Assembly: GCA_023920165.1 (NCBI GenBank)
Contig: CP089277.1
Coordinates: 3,534,001 to 3,598,000 of the forward strand
DNA: 64,000 bases
Reading direction: 5' to 3'
DNA from: Curvularia clavata
Taxonomy: Eukaryota
A program made the position numbers and the translations under genes. Below the pieces are notes generated by a model. It was not told where the DNA came from, did no database searches, and worked only from the letters and a program-made list of their open reading frames with translations. Below, piece after piece: positions 62,201 through 64,000 of this stretch (position 1 is its first letter; each line of letters begins with the position of its first letter).

Positions 62201-64000
62201 TAATTACCTCAGAGAGCCATAAGCACAACACGGTATGTTAGCTGAATACATGCGAACTGATGTGAACATCAGCATTCACATACGTATGCAAAGCGTATAA
62301 TGTTCTTAGCGACACGGTATAGGACCGTGGCGTGTAGCTAAACCAGCATCTAACATATTTGTATTAATTATCAGATTTTTCCTACTTTTTCCTAGTGATA
62401 TGCTTTCTGTTGTATTGCTAAAGCGATAACATACAGATTTAAAAAATTGTGCCTAGATATCAACTTTCTCAAGGTACCCAGTCATGGCCTCAACTATCAA
62501 TCAAAGCAAGAACTGTGTTCAGCACAAACACAGTCCTTGTCTGAGTTTGGCGTTCGTTTGTTCGTTTGCAATCGATTGTCAAATTTCACTAGCCAGATGT
62601 TCAGCATTACCTCAGCTTTTTCCTATCGTCGTCTGAGCTTAGTATTCTATTGAAATAACGTATCAATCGAGGGAATCAAAGCAGTTTTGATATTCTAATT
62701 TGTGAAAAGAGATGATATCTGCTCCAATTGGAAAGTAGGAGCAGACAAACCAACAAGGCTTTTATTTGAGATATAATCTTGACTTGGGCACTAGTAACAT
62801 GATACAATAGCTCTAATCAAATAGAGAATATCTGGAAAAGCAATGCTGCAAAAGTGATGACGAGAGAGAGCGTGTGTGTAAATGCTCAATCTAGATGAAC
62901 AGCGAGAACAAAATTTCGATCAAGATTGATCAAGTAACAGAAGCCTAATGGCACTGTAGTGGTTGCAACCAAGGAAGTCCCGAATAATCATCGTTCTATT
63001 GATCCTGTATCCAGTAAGTTATATCTAGGTAGTCCATCAGGCCTAACCCTAGGTTAGTGCAGCGTGCCTTTCTGCTCCAGCCTACGAAGCATACCAGTAC
63101 ATACCCGTATTTAACACCACGCGCCTTTTGACCACACAAGTCTCCATGTGCCCATCTCGCAACAGCCTCACACTCCACCTCAGAAGTCAATCAGTATTAC
63201 AAACACCCAAATTGCTGTCCCAAACCTAAGAACCAGCCTCTCCGCTCCAAAACGTAATCATGGCTGCAAACATACCACCAATAGACTGGTATCCACCCGT
63301 ATGGAATGCCTCCGCCATTCCTCCTCACCTGCTCATGCCAGGACCACCTCTGGAAGCGCCCCAACCATCTGGTGCGGAGCCGCATGACGTCTTCAACTGG
63401 CTTAAATGATCTATCCTCGATCAAACATCGGAATGCGGGTCTTTGAACTACACAGTGACGGCGAATCGCAATGGCGCTTAGTTTACGACGGGCCCAGCCA
63501 GTCCGTACTAGATAGCGCAGCAATGCAGCCTCCATAGTCGAGCTTGCGGGTATGATCGAGCCGCTGAGCAGTTGATGGCGTTGGCATGACTCGGAGACGG
63601 AGCATCTTCGGCCAGCGGAGTTGGCAATTGAGAATGAGGTGGACGGTCAATTTCTGTGAGGCAATACATTGAGGCAGTTCATGAGTATGCGCTTCCTCTG
63701 CGACGGCTTTTGCTAAGGTGTATGGGCGTACGGGATCCAATGGGTCAGGTTCGCGCACGGTTCTTCTTCCACGGGATTTCGGCAGGGTCGGGGGAGAGGT
63801 ATAAGGGCAACTGGGATCGGCGGTCAATGTTGTGGAGGATCCGACAGGTAATGAGGAGGAATTTGCGTGGATCTGGGAAGGAATGGAGAGTAGAATGAGG
63901 AATCGATCAATTTCGCAGTGAACACATATCAGAAATAAGAGTGTAATTCTACCTGGAAGGTCTGGAAAAGTACGTTGAGAGGACGACGCTTAATCTACTC

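Noticed and set aside
1..64000. rRNA, tRNA, CRISPR arrays, telomeric repeats, Starship captain recombinase
   Set aside because: None recognised by eye on either strand; a covariance-model or HMM search would be needed to exclude small RNAs.

Overview
Eukaryotic, intron-containing DNA from a filamentous ascomycete; gene content and splice signals suggest a Dothideomycete/Pleosporales-like fungus (inference). Bases 1-36 kb are a dense block of conserved genes: Ysc84/SYLF protein, Nup85, secreted tyrosinase-like protein, BTB protein, CSN12, RPL20, crotonase, DMC1, CNBP/GIS2, UAP1, L-rhamnonate dehydratase with a divergent RhaR-like Zn2Cys6 regulator, D-amino-acid oxidase, an SDR, a RIP-inactivated Tc1/impala-like transposon and Sfr1/Mei5. 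Bases ~37.5-56.3 kb hold a compact five-gene secondary-metabolite cluster that I cannot match to a characterised pathway. It comprises a type I Baeyer-Villiger monooxygenase, a highly reducing PKS with degenerate MT and ER domains and an atypical KS, a Tri101/BAHD-type acyltransferase, an ~800 aa protein with an apparently catalytically dead JmjC-like domain, and a DHA1 MFS exporter, with a shared candidate promoter motif. The last ~7.7 kb is gene-poor with only decayed ORF fragments. Notable small-scale structure includes a long-range stem and possible poison exon in the RPL20 intron, a candidate 15-nt micro-exon in CNBP/GIS2, and a GC-AG intron in the tyrosinase. All calls come from manual motif reading; no database searches were run.
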